Shown here one piece after another: positions 36,278 to 47,711 of a stretch of DNA of 64,000 nucleotides. The notes beneath the pieces were generated by a model that ran no database searches, was not told where the DNA came from, and was given only the letters and a program-made list of their open reading frames with translations. Location: contig CACOUL010000010.1 in the NCBI GenBank assembly GCA_902630355.1, positions 567-64,566 on the forward strand, written 5' to 3'. The position numbers and the translations under genes are program-made. This stretch comes from Planctomycetaceae bacterium. Its GTDB lineage: Bacteria > Planctomycetota > Planctomycetia > Pirellulales > UBA7805. Within the stretch, counting starts at the first letter, position 1, and the number at the start of each line of letters is the position of its first letter.

Positions 36278-38479
36278 TTAAGGATCCGGTTGCGTTTCAA
36301 GCACGTTTTTCGCTGTCGCTTCTGCCCTCTGAAAAAAACGATCATCCAGTCGGCGACAACCTTCCTTGATGTAATAGTCTACCAATTCGATCCTAAGATC
36401 TCGGGGCGTCAACACCCCGGCTTCCCAGCGGACGAATAGATCTGCGTGTTGTCGCCTGCGTCGCACGATTCCTTCAAACTCTTCATCACCTGCGGCCCCA
36501 CCTTCCAATGTATCGAAGGCATCCAGTCGAAAGGCGTTACGAGTATTTGAGTACTCACGACTCGCCTCCTGCGCAATGGCATCGAGCGTTTGAACAACGG
36601 CACCCAATTTGGCGGCGGCAACCAAGTCGATATTCTGATTAATCCCAGTGGCATTGGTCAGCGCCGACCTCAGTGCAGGTGTCTTTTCCGCTGCCTCCGC
36701 TAACTGCAATCGCATCGCTTCAAACCAGGTGAGGGAAGGGTTCAACGTACCGTTCCGCATTTGCTGAGCGAAATGATCGTATATCTCCTGTTCGATCTGT
36801 CGTCTCGGCGAATACATCGTTCGGCAGCGGTGGACCACAACGGTGTCGGGAGAAAATAAAGGTCCCGTTGGGGAAAGAAAGTGATCGGGCATGGAGACAT
36901 CCAGTTTCGCTAGGTTAGCCAGCGTATTTCCCTTGGCCGGATGTTCATCAAGTGGAAAAAAATCCTCCAGCGGCCTGTCAGTCTCTTGCGCACACAAAAG
37001 AAGTAGTCCCGCACAATAGCCCTCTATTCGCTTTCCCTTCAAATCAGTTCCTTTTAATGATTTGATCGCATCGGTCTGGAAATTGAGATCAAATTTCGAA
37101 TTATTGCCAATAATTGAATTTGCAATTCGCCCCATGGTACTCGAGACGTCGCTATTTTCATGCCGGAGAATAACGAAATCGAGAGTGCGTTCAACAAACT
37201 TGTCGACGGGAGTCGCTGGAATGACATTTCCGATTTCAGGTAAGTCGACAACCACAAAGCGTCGCCGCCCATCTTCTCCCACTTCCGTAGTTACGACACC
37301 AGCGTGGGTATAGAGCCCCGGATGAAGATCAGTGAACCGATTGTAAGGAGATGGATTTTTCATCAAAAGCCAATCACCTGCTCGTACGACAGCTAACCCA
37401 AAACGATAATCTTCTTCCTCAGCGCCAAATTGATCACGCTGATCGAACCATTCGATTAAATCGGCTCGACGCTTTCTGTCTGATTCACTTAAATTGATTG
37501 GCTCCAACCGATCAAGATAACCGGAAATTGCCGAAGCCGTGATGATCGGTGGAGTCAGCGATTGATCACCAGGATCTCGTGCATCCTGCGGCACCCCGAT
37601 GTGACGTATCGTATCGGCCACAAAAATAAGCAACTCAGGGCTAATATTTTTCTGGCGAAAAAGTTGCGCTAACAACGGAAGCAATCTTACATCTCTCGCC
37701 GCCCGTGCAAGCTGTAATATTTTCCCTTTCAAGTGATCCGATAATTGTGACTGCGTGGGATCAACGATAGTATCCAACAAATAACTCAGCGATGTTAAAG
37801 CGCCAACCGCATGCCGTTTTTCAATATAAAGATCAAGCAAGTCGTCGTAATCTTCCGAGTCAGACTCGAGTTCGTAGCCGACATCCGAAAAAAAATCGAC
37901 CGTATAATAGCGAAGCCTCCCGGATAATTTGATCAATTCCGTTGCGCACCCCAGAAAATGCCGAGCGGCCTCAGTACGGATTTCTTGGTCTTCGATCGCA
38001 GCAAACTCAGCCCGCTGTCGATACAGTTGGCTTAGTGCACGGTTAATTTTTATATCGACATCCAAAATACGGCGAACCATTGAGAGCAAGTCAGCATTGG
38101 TTATGTCGCTTCCAAACGTGCTTTGCGCGACAATCCACCTCTCAACTTCAGGGACCAGCGATTTAATTTCTTGAGTGGTCTGAAGAGTATGCCCTTCGGC
38201 TACTTTCGGTATGACATCAAGCAACCGCGCAACCGGCGTAGTTTGGGCGTCGCAAATACCATGGGAATAGAAAAGAACTCCCACCACCAACAGCAACACA
38301 CCGCAATGCTTCGTCAAAAACGATCTTTGAAGATTAAAGATGTTTTCGGTGCGCGCGAATGGCGTTGGACGGCGTGCTTGAAGGTGCGCAAAGGACATAG
38401 CAGTGTACGGGCTCACGTATTGAGAGGAAGCCACGAAAAAATGTTTCGCTGTGATGGTCAGCGAAGTCGATTCGACCAT
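36278..38479 (-). CDS. Large hypothetical exported/membrane-anchored protein with a central permuted-papain (YiiX/C92)-like segment
   Basis: Hydrophobic N-terminal segment CGVLLLVVGVLFY. The central GDWLLMKNPSP...YTHAGVV...VILRHEN...FDLNF...EGYCAGLLL resembles the His-then-Cys order of YaeF/YiiX amidases. Start uncertain (38479 or 38401). Confidence 0.55.
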   Translation of the reverse strand: MVESTSLTITAKHFFVASSQYVSPYTAMSFAHLQARRPTPFARTENIFNLQRSFLTKHCGVLLLVVGVLFYSHGICDAQTTPVARLLDVIPKVAEGHTLQTTQEIKSLVPEVERWIVAQSTFGSDITNADLLSMVRRILDVDIKINRALSQLYRQRAEFAAIEDQEIRTEAARHFLGCATELIKLSGRLRYYTVDFFSDVGYELESDSEDYDDLLDLYIEKRHAVGALTSLSYLLDTIVDPTQSQLSDHLKGKILQLARAARDVRLLPLLAQLFRQKNISPELLIFVADTIRHIGVPQDARDPGDQSLTPPIITASAISGYLDRLEPINLSESDRKRRADLIEWFDQRDQFGAEEEDYRFGLAVVRAGDWLLMKNPSPYNRFTDLHPGLYTHAGVVTTEVGEDGRRRFVVVDLPEIGNVIPATPVDKFVERTLDFVILRHENSDVSSTMGRIANSIIGNNSKFDLNFQTDAIKSLKGTDLKGKRIEGYCAGLLLLCAQETDRPLEDFFPLDEHPAKGNTLANLAKLDVSMPDHFLSPTGPLFSPDTVVVHRCRTMYSPRRQIEQEIYDHFAQQMRNGTLNPSLTWFEAMRLQLAEAAEKTPALRSALTNATGINQNIDLVAAAKLGAVVQTLDAIAQEASREYSNTRNAFRLDAFDTLEGGAAGDEEFEGIVRRRRQHADLFVRWEAGVLTPRDLRIELVDYYIKEGCRRLDDRFFQRAEATAKNVLETQPDP

Positions 38480-38492
38480 CTACTAACTACGA

Positions 38493-38696
38493 CTACACCA
38501 GGTATTGGATGAGGTAAAGAATCCCAAATGCAAGTAGCATAAATCCTGTAATCCATTTGAATGTCCGCCACGCACGGCGCACAATAAGCCCGAGTTGTTC
38601 GTGATGTGTTCCGGCGTAGACAAGACTAATGCAGATGATCAGTGGTAGGATCAACCATAATCGAGAGGTAGAAGAAAACAATACAAGATCAATCAT
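38493..38696 (-). CDS. Small two-TM membrane protein
   Basis: 67-aa ORF with two clear hydrophobic helices, packed between flanking same-strand genes. Confidence 0.45.
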   Translation of the reverse strand: MIDLVLFSSTSRLWLILPLIICISLVYAGTHHEQLGLIVRRAWRTFKWITGFMLLAFGILYLIQYLV

Positions 38697-38717
38697 CGCA
38701 ACAACTCTTTCTTCAAA

Positions 38718-39257
38718 TTAAGCCGATCCGTTCTCTTCTTCCACCGGCTTCGATTTGCCCCTGCGAACAGGACCAGCCGCCGCGTCAAAAATAACCAGAA
38801 GATTGAGCAGTCCCGCGATCATCGTCAGCACGGTCCCGAGTTCATAATCGCCGTGATCCTCGAGTTGCCAGAGGGCGGCTTCCGTGGGCTGATCACTGTT
38901 CAGAGGTTGCTGGTCATACCATTGGGGTGGCAAAGAGGGGCGCCGCATAAAGTCTTTGCCGAACGGAGTAATATTCACCGTCTGCAGGATTGCCGGCCAA
39001 GCCGGAAGTCCCACCCATACCTGACACAAATACTGCCATCGCCGATCACCGTTACGCCAACTGGCATACACCACCCTCTTTCCGCCGAGAGTCCACCCCA
39101 CAGCAAAAAGACTCAGGATACAAATCATGAAAATCACAGCTTTTGCATACCGCCGCTGATATACGTGTCCCGCCCCGGGCCAAAGCAGCGCCCAAAAAGC
39201 TGCCCGCAGCGGATCGCGCAAGTCGATTCCCTCAGGGTTTTCTTGAGACTGTGTCAA
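38718..39257 (-). CDS. Hypothetical membrane protein
   Basis: LWPGAGHVYQRRYAKAVIFMICILSLFAV and a C-terminal TM helix. No catalytic motif recognised. Confidence 0.55.
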   Translation of the reverse strand: MTQSQENPEGIDLRDPLRAAFWALLWPGAGHVYQRRYAKAVIFMICILSLFAVGWTLGGKRVVYASWRNGDRRWQYLCQVWVGLPAWPAILQTVNITPFGKDFMRRPSLPPQWYDQQPLNSDQPTEAALWQLEDHGDYELGTVLTMIAGLLNLLVIFDAAAGPVRRGKSKPVEEENGSA

Positions 39258-39458
39258 CTGATCTCACCTTGAATCGCGCTATTTTCTGCCGCGCTACCGG
39301 CAAGTTTATTTGTTTTTTTGAAACATTCCGACCCACCGTTATAGCGATTGGCAGAGATCGATATCAATATCCAAAAGGAAAACCCTGGGTTTATCGAATT
39401 CCTGCACAACCTACCACGTAAAATAATCGATGTAATCTTGAAGATCACGGCACCTCAC

Positions 39459-39971
39459 CTATACCGCTTCGGAGGCCATGGCCGAAAAAACGGGGTCAGA
39501 TTGAAGAAAAGCAAAGTCATCATCCTGGCGAAGACATTTGCGTAAGGTGACATCGATATCGATTGCATTTTTCAAATACCGCAATGATTGAGGCTTGCAT
39601 CTTACAAGACTCCAATAACAAGCGAGGTTGTAGTGTATCAGTGCGGACTGAGGTTCGAGTAGTACTGCCTCATGAAGGGCGTGAAGAGCACTCCAAATTT
39701 TTCCGACGCGTTTATAACAGGACCCGAGAACGATAAGTGGGCGTGGATTTTCCGGGCATCTCTCTACGATGATTTTAAGATCCGCGATCGCTTTTTGATG
39801 ATTTCCACACCGCTGATGCGCCCGCGCCCGCAAATAGCGTAAATAGCACGATTGAGCTACCGCATGTTGCTTGCGTTGAATGATCCTTAACGCATGACCG
39901 GGAAGATTCAATTCCAAATAGCCTTCAGCTTCATCAATCATTTGATGAATGCACGTTGAAGAAATTGGCAT
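39459..39971 (-). CDS. TPR-like repeat protein
   Basis: Helical-repeat pattern (AIADLKIIVERCPENPRPLIVLGSCYKRVGKIWSALHALHEAVLLEPQSALIHYNLACYW). Confidence 0.55.
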   Translation of the reverse strand: MPISSTCIHQMIDEAEGYLELNLPGHALRIIQRKQHAVAQSCYLRYLRARAHQRCGNHQKAIADLKIIVERCPENPRPLIVLGSCYKRVGKIWSALHALHEAVLLEPQSALIHYNLACYWSLVRCKPQSLRYLKNAIDIDVTLRKCLRQDDDFAFLQSDPVFSAMASEAV

Positions 39972-40302
39972 GCCTGTAACCCCACAACAGAGTAAGGGTA
40001 AGATAACTACTTTGCACCTTCTCCCATTTTACCTTGGGGTGATAGCAAAGAAGCATGACGGCGAGACGACTAAAGAAATCAGCATTTTTGAGGGAAGATA
40101 AATTGCCATAAATCCATTGATTTTGGCTAAAAAGTAGGACGATTTCCACTTTCCCAAAAACAAAAAAATAAAAAATGCACGGCAAACCACCCGGGTTGTC
40201 ACTAATGAAGATAGGGGTGATTTGAAAATCACTAATTTGTTGGTGGGTTCGATTGTCAATCAACCCATATCGTGCAATTGCAATGAAGGATGAGAGAAAA
40301 GC

Positions 40303-42507
40303 ATGCGTTTAACCCTCAGAACCTTGCTCGCCTATTTGGATAATATTCTGGATGATCATGATCGGATTCTTCTGGAAAAAAAGATCCAAGAAAGTGACTT
40401 CGCGCAAAATCTGATTCGACGAAGTCGCGACACGATGACTGATCAAGATTTGTCCGCCATGGATCCCATTGGATACGGGATTCGGCAAGACCCGAATCTG
40501 GTCGCTGAGTATCTGGATAACACGATGGCAAATGAGCAGATTGAGGAATTTGAACGCCAATGTTTGGATATGAGTTCCGATGCGGACACGCGACTCGCCG
40601 AAATCACAGCATGTCACCATATTCTGACGATGGTTCTGGGAGAACCTCTGCAATTTGCGGCCTCGAGTCGCGAACGGATGTATCGCATAGGTGATGATGG
40701 AGCCACTCCACTTGCGGCCGGAAACAGCGAGTATGAGAGTGCCACTCCGGTGAACTCACAAACTGTCAGCGATGCTGTGGATGAAACGCATGACAGTACT
40801 GAAACCGATTCAGAACTGGATTTCGAGTCGGGCTCCAGAATCCCCGGATATCTCCGAGATGATGAAAAACGGAGTCGGTGGCTGCCACTGGTCGCAACCA
40901 CCATGGTTGCCGCCGTTATTACCGGCCTGTTGTTGGTTCTGTTCGGTTCCGATCAACCGGTCGAAGAGTCAAATAATGGGATTGCCAGAACGGAATTGCC
41001 GGCAAGCGTCACGGGGGAGGCACCCGCCGAGGGTGATGAATCGCCTTCCGGCGCGGACGAGGCCCCATCCGCTGCACCGGTGGCTTCGCCACCCGCCGCC
41101 AATGCAACTGGAGAACCGGGCGTTGCCGATGTTGCACCGCCTCCGCGAGCAGTCACCCCAGAGACTCCAGAGCCCACACCGCAAGCGGAATCTGAAGAGT
41201 CCCCGCAAACCGCTTCCGCCGGTGCAGGGGAGGATTCCGCGGACGTACCGGACACCCCGGAAGAAAGTACCTCATTAGGGGATGAGTCGCCTGACAATGT
41301 GGCAGACAAAAAAGATCCAAGTAAAGACGAAGATCGGCCGGATGCGCAAGAGAATGCGCCAAGTGATGCAGGACAATCGGTCAAGCAAGTGTTGGGACGG
41401 CTCATTTCGGATGATCAAATTTTGCTTGCAACGCGAGCAGGATTCGATGATTTCCGTTGGCTCCCCCCACAATCCAATCTAGAGACGGGACATCAACTTT
41501 TGGCGTTGCCTACTTTTCGTCCCAATTTAGTGATGATTGCCTTAACAGTCGAACTTGAGGGGGGCTCTCTCCTGAGCCTTCTCGATCTCAACGAAGGTGG
41601 GGTACCCACGATTAAATTATCGTATGGTCGTATGGTCGTGCGCACTAATCGTAATGACGGTACGTTTAAACTGACGGTGAACCAAGATCGCATTATCGAG
41701 ATCACCTTAGAAAGTACGGAAACGATCATCGGAATTGAAGTCCAACCCCAGCAGCAACCCGGCCTTGATCCGGAGTTATCTGAGCAACAGGTGGCAGTCA
41801 ATTTATATGCAATGAGTGGCGCGGCAACGTGGCACGAGGGCGCGATCCACGGAACGGTGCAAGCAGGCCAAAATCAGAATCTGACTCAGATGCCTCCACC
41901 GGAACCGGAGTCGGTATTGCAAATTCCGGAATGGATGGAAAAGGCACAGATGACCAAACTGGAATCGAGAGCGGTTCCCGCCATTCGAAACGTGGTGCAA
42001 GCGGATCGAAGCGTGAAATTAAGCTTGTTGGAGTTGGTCGAAAAGCGCCGCCAAGTAGAAGTCAAGCAACTTGCGCTGCGGTGTTGCGCCCATATCGGTT
42101 ATTTCGATCCTCTAATCGAGGCGCTTGGAGATGAGAAAATGAAGTCCCGTTGGGGGAACTGTATCCTGTATCTGAGCGACGCCGTATGGCGCGATCCTGA
42201 ATATGCAAAACGTGTTCGCACGTCATTGGAAGATATTCGTAATGAAAAAGGATTTGATCTTTATCGCATGCTTTGGGGTTATACCAATGAAGGCCTCATC
42301 AACAATGGCGAAGCCACCCAATTAGTCGAGTTTCTCTCCAGCGACGACTTGGACTATCGCGTGCTTAGTCACTGGAATCTGAATCAAATCACGGGGAAGG
42401 GGTATTCCTACCAGCCTCAGAAATCGGAACAACAGCGAAAGGGATCGTTAAAAAGATGGCAATCATTGCTCGATAAGGGGAACATCAAGCATTCAAACGA
42501 GAATTAG
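40303..42507 (+). CDS. Membrane-anchored protein with an anti-sigma-like N-terminus, a Pro/Glu/Ala-rich linker and a C-terminal helical-repeat region
   Basis: N-terminal LRTLLAYLDNILDDHDR, TM helix WLPLVATTMVAAVITGLLLVLF, low-complexity region at about 40950..41400. Confidence 0.65.
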   Translation: MRLTLRTLLAYLDNILDDHDRILLEKKIQESDFAQNLIRRSRDTMTDQDLSAMDPIGYGIRQDPNLVAEYLDNTMANEQIEEFERQCLDMSSDADTRLAEITACHHILTMVLGEPLQFAASSRERMYRIGDDGATPLAAGNSEYESATPVNSQTVSDAVDETHDSTETDSELDFESGSRIPGYLRDDEKRSRWLPLVATTMVAAVITGLLLVLFGSDQPVEESNNGIARTELPASVTGEAPAEGDESPSGADEAPSAAPVASPPAANATGEPGVADVAPPPRAVTPETPEPTPQAESEESPQTASAGAGEDSADVPDTPEESTSLGDESPDNVADKKDPSKDEDRPDAQENAPSDAGQSVKQVLGRLISDDQILLATRAGFDDFRWLPPQSNLETGHQLLALPTFRPNLVMIALTVELEGGSLLSLLDLNEGGVPTIKLSYGRMVVRTNRNDGTFKLTVNQDRIIEITLESTETIIGIEVQPQQQPGLDPELSEQQVAVNLYAMSGAATWHEGAIHGTVQAGQNQNLTQMPPPEPESVLQIPEWMEKAQMTKLESRAVPAIRNVVQADRSVKLSLLELVEKRRQVEVKQLALRCCAHIGYFDPLIEALGDEKMKSRWGNCILYLSDAVWRDPEYAKRVRTSLEDIRNEKGFDLYRMLWGYTNEGLINNGEATQLVEFLSSDDLDYRVLSHWNLNQITGKGYSYQPQKSEQQRKGSLKRWQSLLDKGNIKHSNEN

Positions 42508-42523
42508 CTTTACAGCTTGAAGT

Positions 42524-43378
42524 TCATCCTGTGGCAATAACGCGATGGAAATGAAGTTGAACCTCCCCGTGCAATACGCGTCGCACACCCTCTACCAAAC
42601 AGTGCGGTTCATTTTTATTTTGACCCCAATCAATAACGTCACTCAATTGTGATCCCGGAGGTACTTCGAAGGTTGATTGGTAAATAATTTGATTGCCTGC
42701 ATCGAGTTCCGGCACGATGAAATGGCACGTTGCACCATACACGAGCATCTTGTCGCGATAGGCTGCATGGTAGGGATGCATCCCGGGAAAACTCGGCAAG
42801 AGACCGTGATGGAGGTTAATAATCCGTCCACCTGCGAACGCCCAGCAGGTGGTGGGAGGCAAGACTCGCATATACCGCGCGAGCACAATGTAATCGATTT
42901 TCTCTGAATCAATAAGAGAAACAAACTGTTCCTCGTCGGGACACCCTTCCTCATCGCCGATGTGCTCCCAGCGAACGCCGAATTGTTCACCCAGCGCGGC
43001 ACATTTCTGATGGTTGCTAATCAAGAGCGCTGGATCGGCCGCAAGCGTGCCTTCTTCAATGCTGCGAAGCAATGCGCTCGCGGAGGCTTCCTGATGGCTC
43101 ACGCAGATCGCCAGTCGCGGACACTTTTTATGACTGTCCGGTGACCAAACTCGGATATCAAGACCCTTAAGCCTGCCGATCTCTTTCAGTGATTGCTGTA
43201 AATTCTCCAGGGAGGTGTTTTTGATATGAATCCGCAACATCATCGCAAACTGGCTTGCCATATCGCGATCATACATTTGGATTTCGGCAATATTTGCACC
43301 CTCTCCCGTGACATAGTGAATGATCGGGTCAGCCAGTCCGCAGTGATCGGGGCCCAGTGCGGTAATAATAACTTGCAA
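42524..43378 (-). CDS. purU: Formyltetrahydrofolate deformylase
   Basis: N-terminal ACT-like domain plus a formyltransferase core (IVLARYMRVL, IINLHHGLLPSFPG, GATCHFI). Confidence 0.9.
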   Translation of the reverse strand: MQVIITALGPDHCGLADPIIHYVTGEGANIAEIQMYDRDMASQFAMMLRIHIKNTSLENLQQSLKEIGRLKGLDIRVWSPDSHKKCPRLAICVSHQEASASALLRSIEEGTLAADPALLISNHQKCAALGEQFGVRWEHIGDEEGCPDEEQFVSLIDSEKIDYIVLARYMRVLPPTTCWAFAGGRIINLHHGLLPSFPGMHPYHAAYRDKMLVYGATCHFIVPELDAGNQIIYQSTFEVPPGSQLSDVIDWGQNKNEPHCLVEGVRRVLHGEVQLHFHRVIATG

Positions 43379-43564
43379 AAAAACTCCTTTTCAACTATTG
43401 GGTGAAATGAAACAGCGACATACGATATTCCACGTCCTCCTGCTGAAGATCCAACCTCACCGCAACACCCTTTCCTATGGCTGGTCGAACCTTTTCCATT
43501 TTGATAGGCTGTGCGACGGGCAGTTTGGGACTCTTAAAGAAAATAGATACTTCAAAAAATCACC

Positions 43565-44008
43565 ATGATCAATACAGCAATAAAGAAACCGGATCGCAAT
43601 GATCTTCAAGACGGACAAGTTTTATGTGAATATTGCACCGGGAAGTGTTGTCGATATTTTGCCCTTCCGATCGATAAACCGGAAGAATGGAAGGATTTTG
43701 AATATATTCGCTGGTACATGGTACACGGCGAGACAACAATCTTCTGCGAGGATGACGACTGGTATTTGATGGTACACAACAAATGTGACCACCTGCTAGA
43801 GGACAATCGTTGCGGAATTTATGAGACGCGTCCGAAGATTTGTCGCGACTACACAACAGATGAGTGTGAGTACGAGGACGATTGGACATACGATCGTTAC
43901 TGGGAGACACCCGAGCAGATGCAGGATTACATGGATGCGGTGCTGCCCAGAAAACGTGGCCAGAGCATTCGTAGCGCGAAGCCCCCCTTACTGCCAGTCC
44001 TCGGCTAA
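43565..44008 (+). CDS. YkgJ-family cysteine-cluster protein
   Basis: CEYCTGKCCRYF ... CDHL...NRCGIYETRPKICRDY pattern. Confidence 0.8.
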   Translation: MINTAIKKPDRNDLQDGQVLCEYCTGKCCRYFALPIDKPEEWKDFEYIRWYMVHGETTIFCEDDDWYLMVHNKCDHLLEDNRCGIYETRPKICRDYTTDECEYEDDWTYDRYWETPEQMQDYMDAVLPRKRGQSIRSAKPPLLPVLG

Positions 44009-44012
44009 ATAG

Positions 44013-45356
44013 GTGTATCTCTTGCCTTTGATTACGCCACGCACCCTGAAGGGATTTCGCGATCATCTGCCTGAGACGATGCTCCAACGCGAGCGGCTGA
44101 TCGATACGGTTCGCGGTGTCTATCGCGGTTACGGGTTTGCTCCGATTGATACACCCGCTCTGGAATACGAGGAAATTCTCCTCGGTAAAGGCAGCGATGA
44201 GACCGATAAACAGGTATATCGTTTTGAGGATCACGGAGGCCGTCGAGTGGGCCTTCGATTTGATTTAACCGTCCCCTTAGCCCGATTTGCCGCTCAGCAT
44301 ATAGGTGATTTGGGCACCCCCCTGAAGCGATATCAAATTGCCAGTGTATGGCGCGGAGAGAATACACAAAAAGGCCGTTATCGAGAGTTTGTACAGTGCG
44401 ACTTCGATACGATCGGCACACAAAGTATCGTCGCGGATATTGAAACGGCTCTGGTCATCCATGATCTGTTGCTGGCACTGGGTTGTGAAAATTTCAAACT
44501 CCATATCAATAATCGTAAAATTCTCACTGGTCTAATAGCCTCCCTCGAAGCCGAAGAGCAAATCACATCCATCCTCCGGATACTCGACAAATTATCAAAA
44601 GTAGGCCGCGACAAAGTAGAGGAAGAGTTACTATCGCGCCAAAAACTTACCCGAGATCAAGTCAGTGCTTTATTTCAATTGACTGAAATCGAGGGGTCAA
44701 ACGAAAAGATTCTTGAAGAAGCAAAAACCTTACCTTCCAAAAACGCAGAATTCGAAACCGGATTAGCTGAGTTGAAGGAACTGATTTCCGGCCTCACGGC
44801 GGCGGGTGTGCCGGAACATAGGGTTCACCTCGACTTATCGATTGCCAGAGGGCTCGATTATTACACCGGCAGTATTTTTGAAACATTTCTGGACGCGATG
44901 CCGGAGATCGGTAGCGTTTGCTCTGGCGGGCGATACGATCATTTGGCTGAGACTTATACGAAGACAGAACTCCCTGGAGTCGGTGCATCGTTGGGGCTCG
45001 ATCGCTTGCTCGCGGCAATGCAAGAGTTGGGATCGCCCTCACTTGGTTCGACTCCTGCCGAGGTATTCATCGTTTATTTCGACGCCGAACACCGAGAAGA
45101 ATACCTGAAAATTTCCAGTCAACTTCGAAGAGCGGGCCTCCGTGTCGAGTTGTATCCGGAGCCAAAAAAAATAGGACATCAACTCAAGTACGCCAATCGT
45201 CGCGGCCATAAAATCGCAGTGATCGCTGGTAGCGATGAATTGAGACAGGAAACCTGTCAAATAAAAAATCTTGACTCGGGTGCTGCCACAGAGGTGGTTT
45301 TAGACAAGGGGTGCGAGACGTTGATCGAGGCGATCAAAAAAGATTTGGCAATGTAA
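44013..45356 (+). CDS. hisS: Histidine--tRNA ligase
   Basis: Class II motifs (KGFRD, RYQIASVWRGE, REFVQCDFD, CSGGRYD, GASLGLDRL) and an anticodon-binding C-terminus. GTG 44013 or a nearby TTG start. Confidence 0.9.
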   Translation: MYLLPLITPRTLKGFRDHLPETMLQRERLIDTVRGVYRGYGFAPIDTPALEYEEILLGKGSDETDKQVYRFEDHGGRRVGLRFDLTVPLARFAAQHIGDLGTPLKRYQIASVWRGENTQKGRYREFVQCDFDTIGTQSIVADIETALVIHDLLLALGCENFKLHINNRKILTGLIASLEAEEQITSILRILDKLSKVGRDKVEEELLSRQKLTRDQVSALFQLTEIEGSNEKILEEAKTLPSKNAEFETGLAELKELISGLTAAGVPEHRVHLDLSIARGLDYYTGSIFETFLDAMPEIGSVCSGGRYDHLAETYTKTELPGVGASLGLDRLLAAMQELGSPSLGSTPAEVFIVYFDAEHREEYLKISSQLRRAGLRVELYPEPKKIGHQLKYANRRGHKIAVIAGSDELRQETCQIKNLDSGAATEVVLDKGCETLIEAIKKDLAM

Positions 45357-45357
45357 G

Positions 45358-45894
45358 TTACGCATCGGGTTGAGGAGTTTTACCCGTTTGCTTGAGAGGC
45401 GGGTCGATTGCTCGCTTCCATACTTGATACGTCTGATCACCCGCTTGAAATTGAGTCGGTCGCGGCTGACCCTCCTGCACATACGCGCGCCGAAGCGTAT
45501 CGGCATTGATCTCATAAATTCCCTTGATTACCGTCTGTCCGTCTGGCAATGTGACATCAAAGGCCTTTGGTTTTTCTTTGGGATAGAGGCGGAATGAGTA
45601 ATCGTCGTCCACCTGCTGCATGCCAATTGTCAGTTTCAATCGATAGCGATTGCCATTGACGATACGGGTCCCGCGTCGCTGTGCCTTGGGAATCCGCTGG
45701 GCCAGGTTGTCACGGTAGTAAACGAAATCGACAAGGTTCCACTTCCCCTGCATCAGAATCAGGTCACCATGAATATTATCGCGCGAACCGTCATCGGCTC
45801 GAGCGAGTCCGTAAAAGTAGACACCCGACATTCCGAGACATACCAACCAAATCGGTTGCATCATCCGCTGGGTTTTGGTTGAGGTCGAAAGCAT
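45358..45894 (-). CDS. TIGR03067-like (planctomycete lipocalin-like) secreted protein
   Basis: Signal peptide, then GKWNLV...YRLKL...FDVT...IKGIYEINADTLR, a pattern I associate with TIGR03067-family proteins. Confidence 0.6.
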   Translation of the reverse strand: MLSTSTKTQRMMQPIWLVCLGMSGVYFYGLARADDGSRDNIHGDLILMQGKWNLVDFVYYRDNLAQRIPKAQRRGTRIVNGNRYRLKLTIGMQQVDDDYSFRLYPKEKPKAFDVTLPDGQTVIKGIYEINADTLRRAYVQEGQPRPTQFQAGDQTYQVWKRAIDPPLKQTGKTPQPDA

Positions 45895-45937
45895 GGCCCC
45901 ATTTTATCAAGAGAACGGAAGAGCCCCAAATGCAAAC

Positions 45938-45967
45938 AAACCCCGCGATCCAGGGACCGCGGGGTTT
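45938..45967 (-). terminator. Intrinsic terminator downstream of groEL
   Basis: Perfect 10-bp stem AAACCCCGCG/CGCGGGGTTT with a 10-nt loop. On the minus strand it is followed by GTTTGCATTTGG. Confidence 0.55.
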
Positions 45968-46028
45968 GTATTGGTATCAAAGGTCGCAAGGCATTCCGAT
46001 ACCGGCGAGGGTCGGACTGCTAGGCGGA

Positions 46029-47654
<1,626 letters not shown>

Positions 47655-47711
47655 TCATCTCTCCTTGTGCCACCGGCCGATGCTTATCGGTCAGTCGGTT
47701 TATTTCTTTTG

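Noticed and set aside
38697-38720. ORFs 38718..39257 and 38493..38696 share a frame, so I checked for a second stop-codon read-through or Sec site.
   Set aside because: The separating stop is TAA (reverse of 38718..38720), not TGA, and the downstream ORF has its own start. These are two genes.
40236-40262. GGGTTCGATTG, a tRNA T-loop-like string in the AT-rich intergenic region.
   Set aside because: The flanks do not form a T-stem, acceptor stem or anticodon arm. No tRNA-like cloverleaf was found anywhere in the window by eye.
43379-43564. Possible ZTP (pfl) riboswitch upstream of purU, a classic location for that class.
   Set aside because: Reading the minus strand, I could not find the conserved GGGUCGUG...CCGCCUGGGC-type blocks or the pseudoknot partner. 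A covariance-model scan would be needed to be sure.
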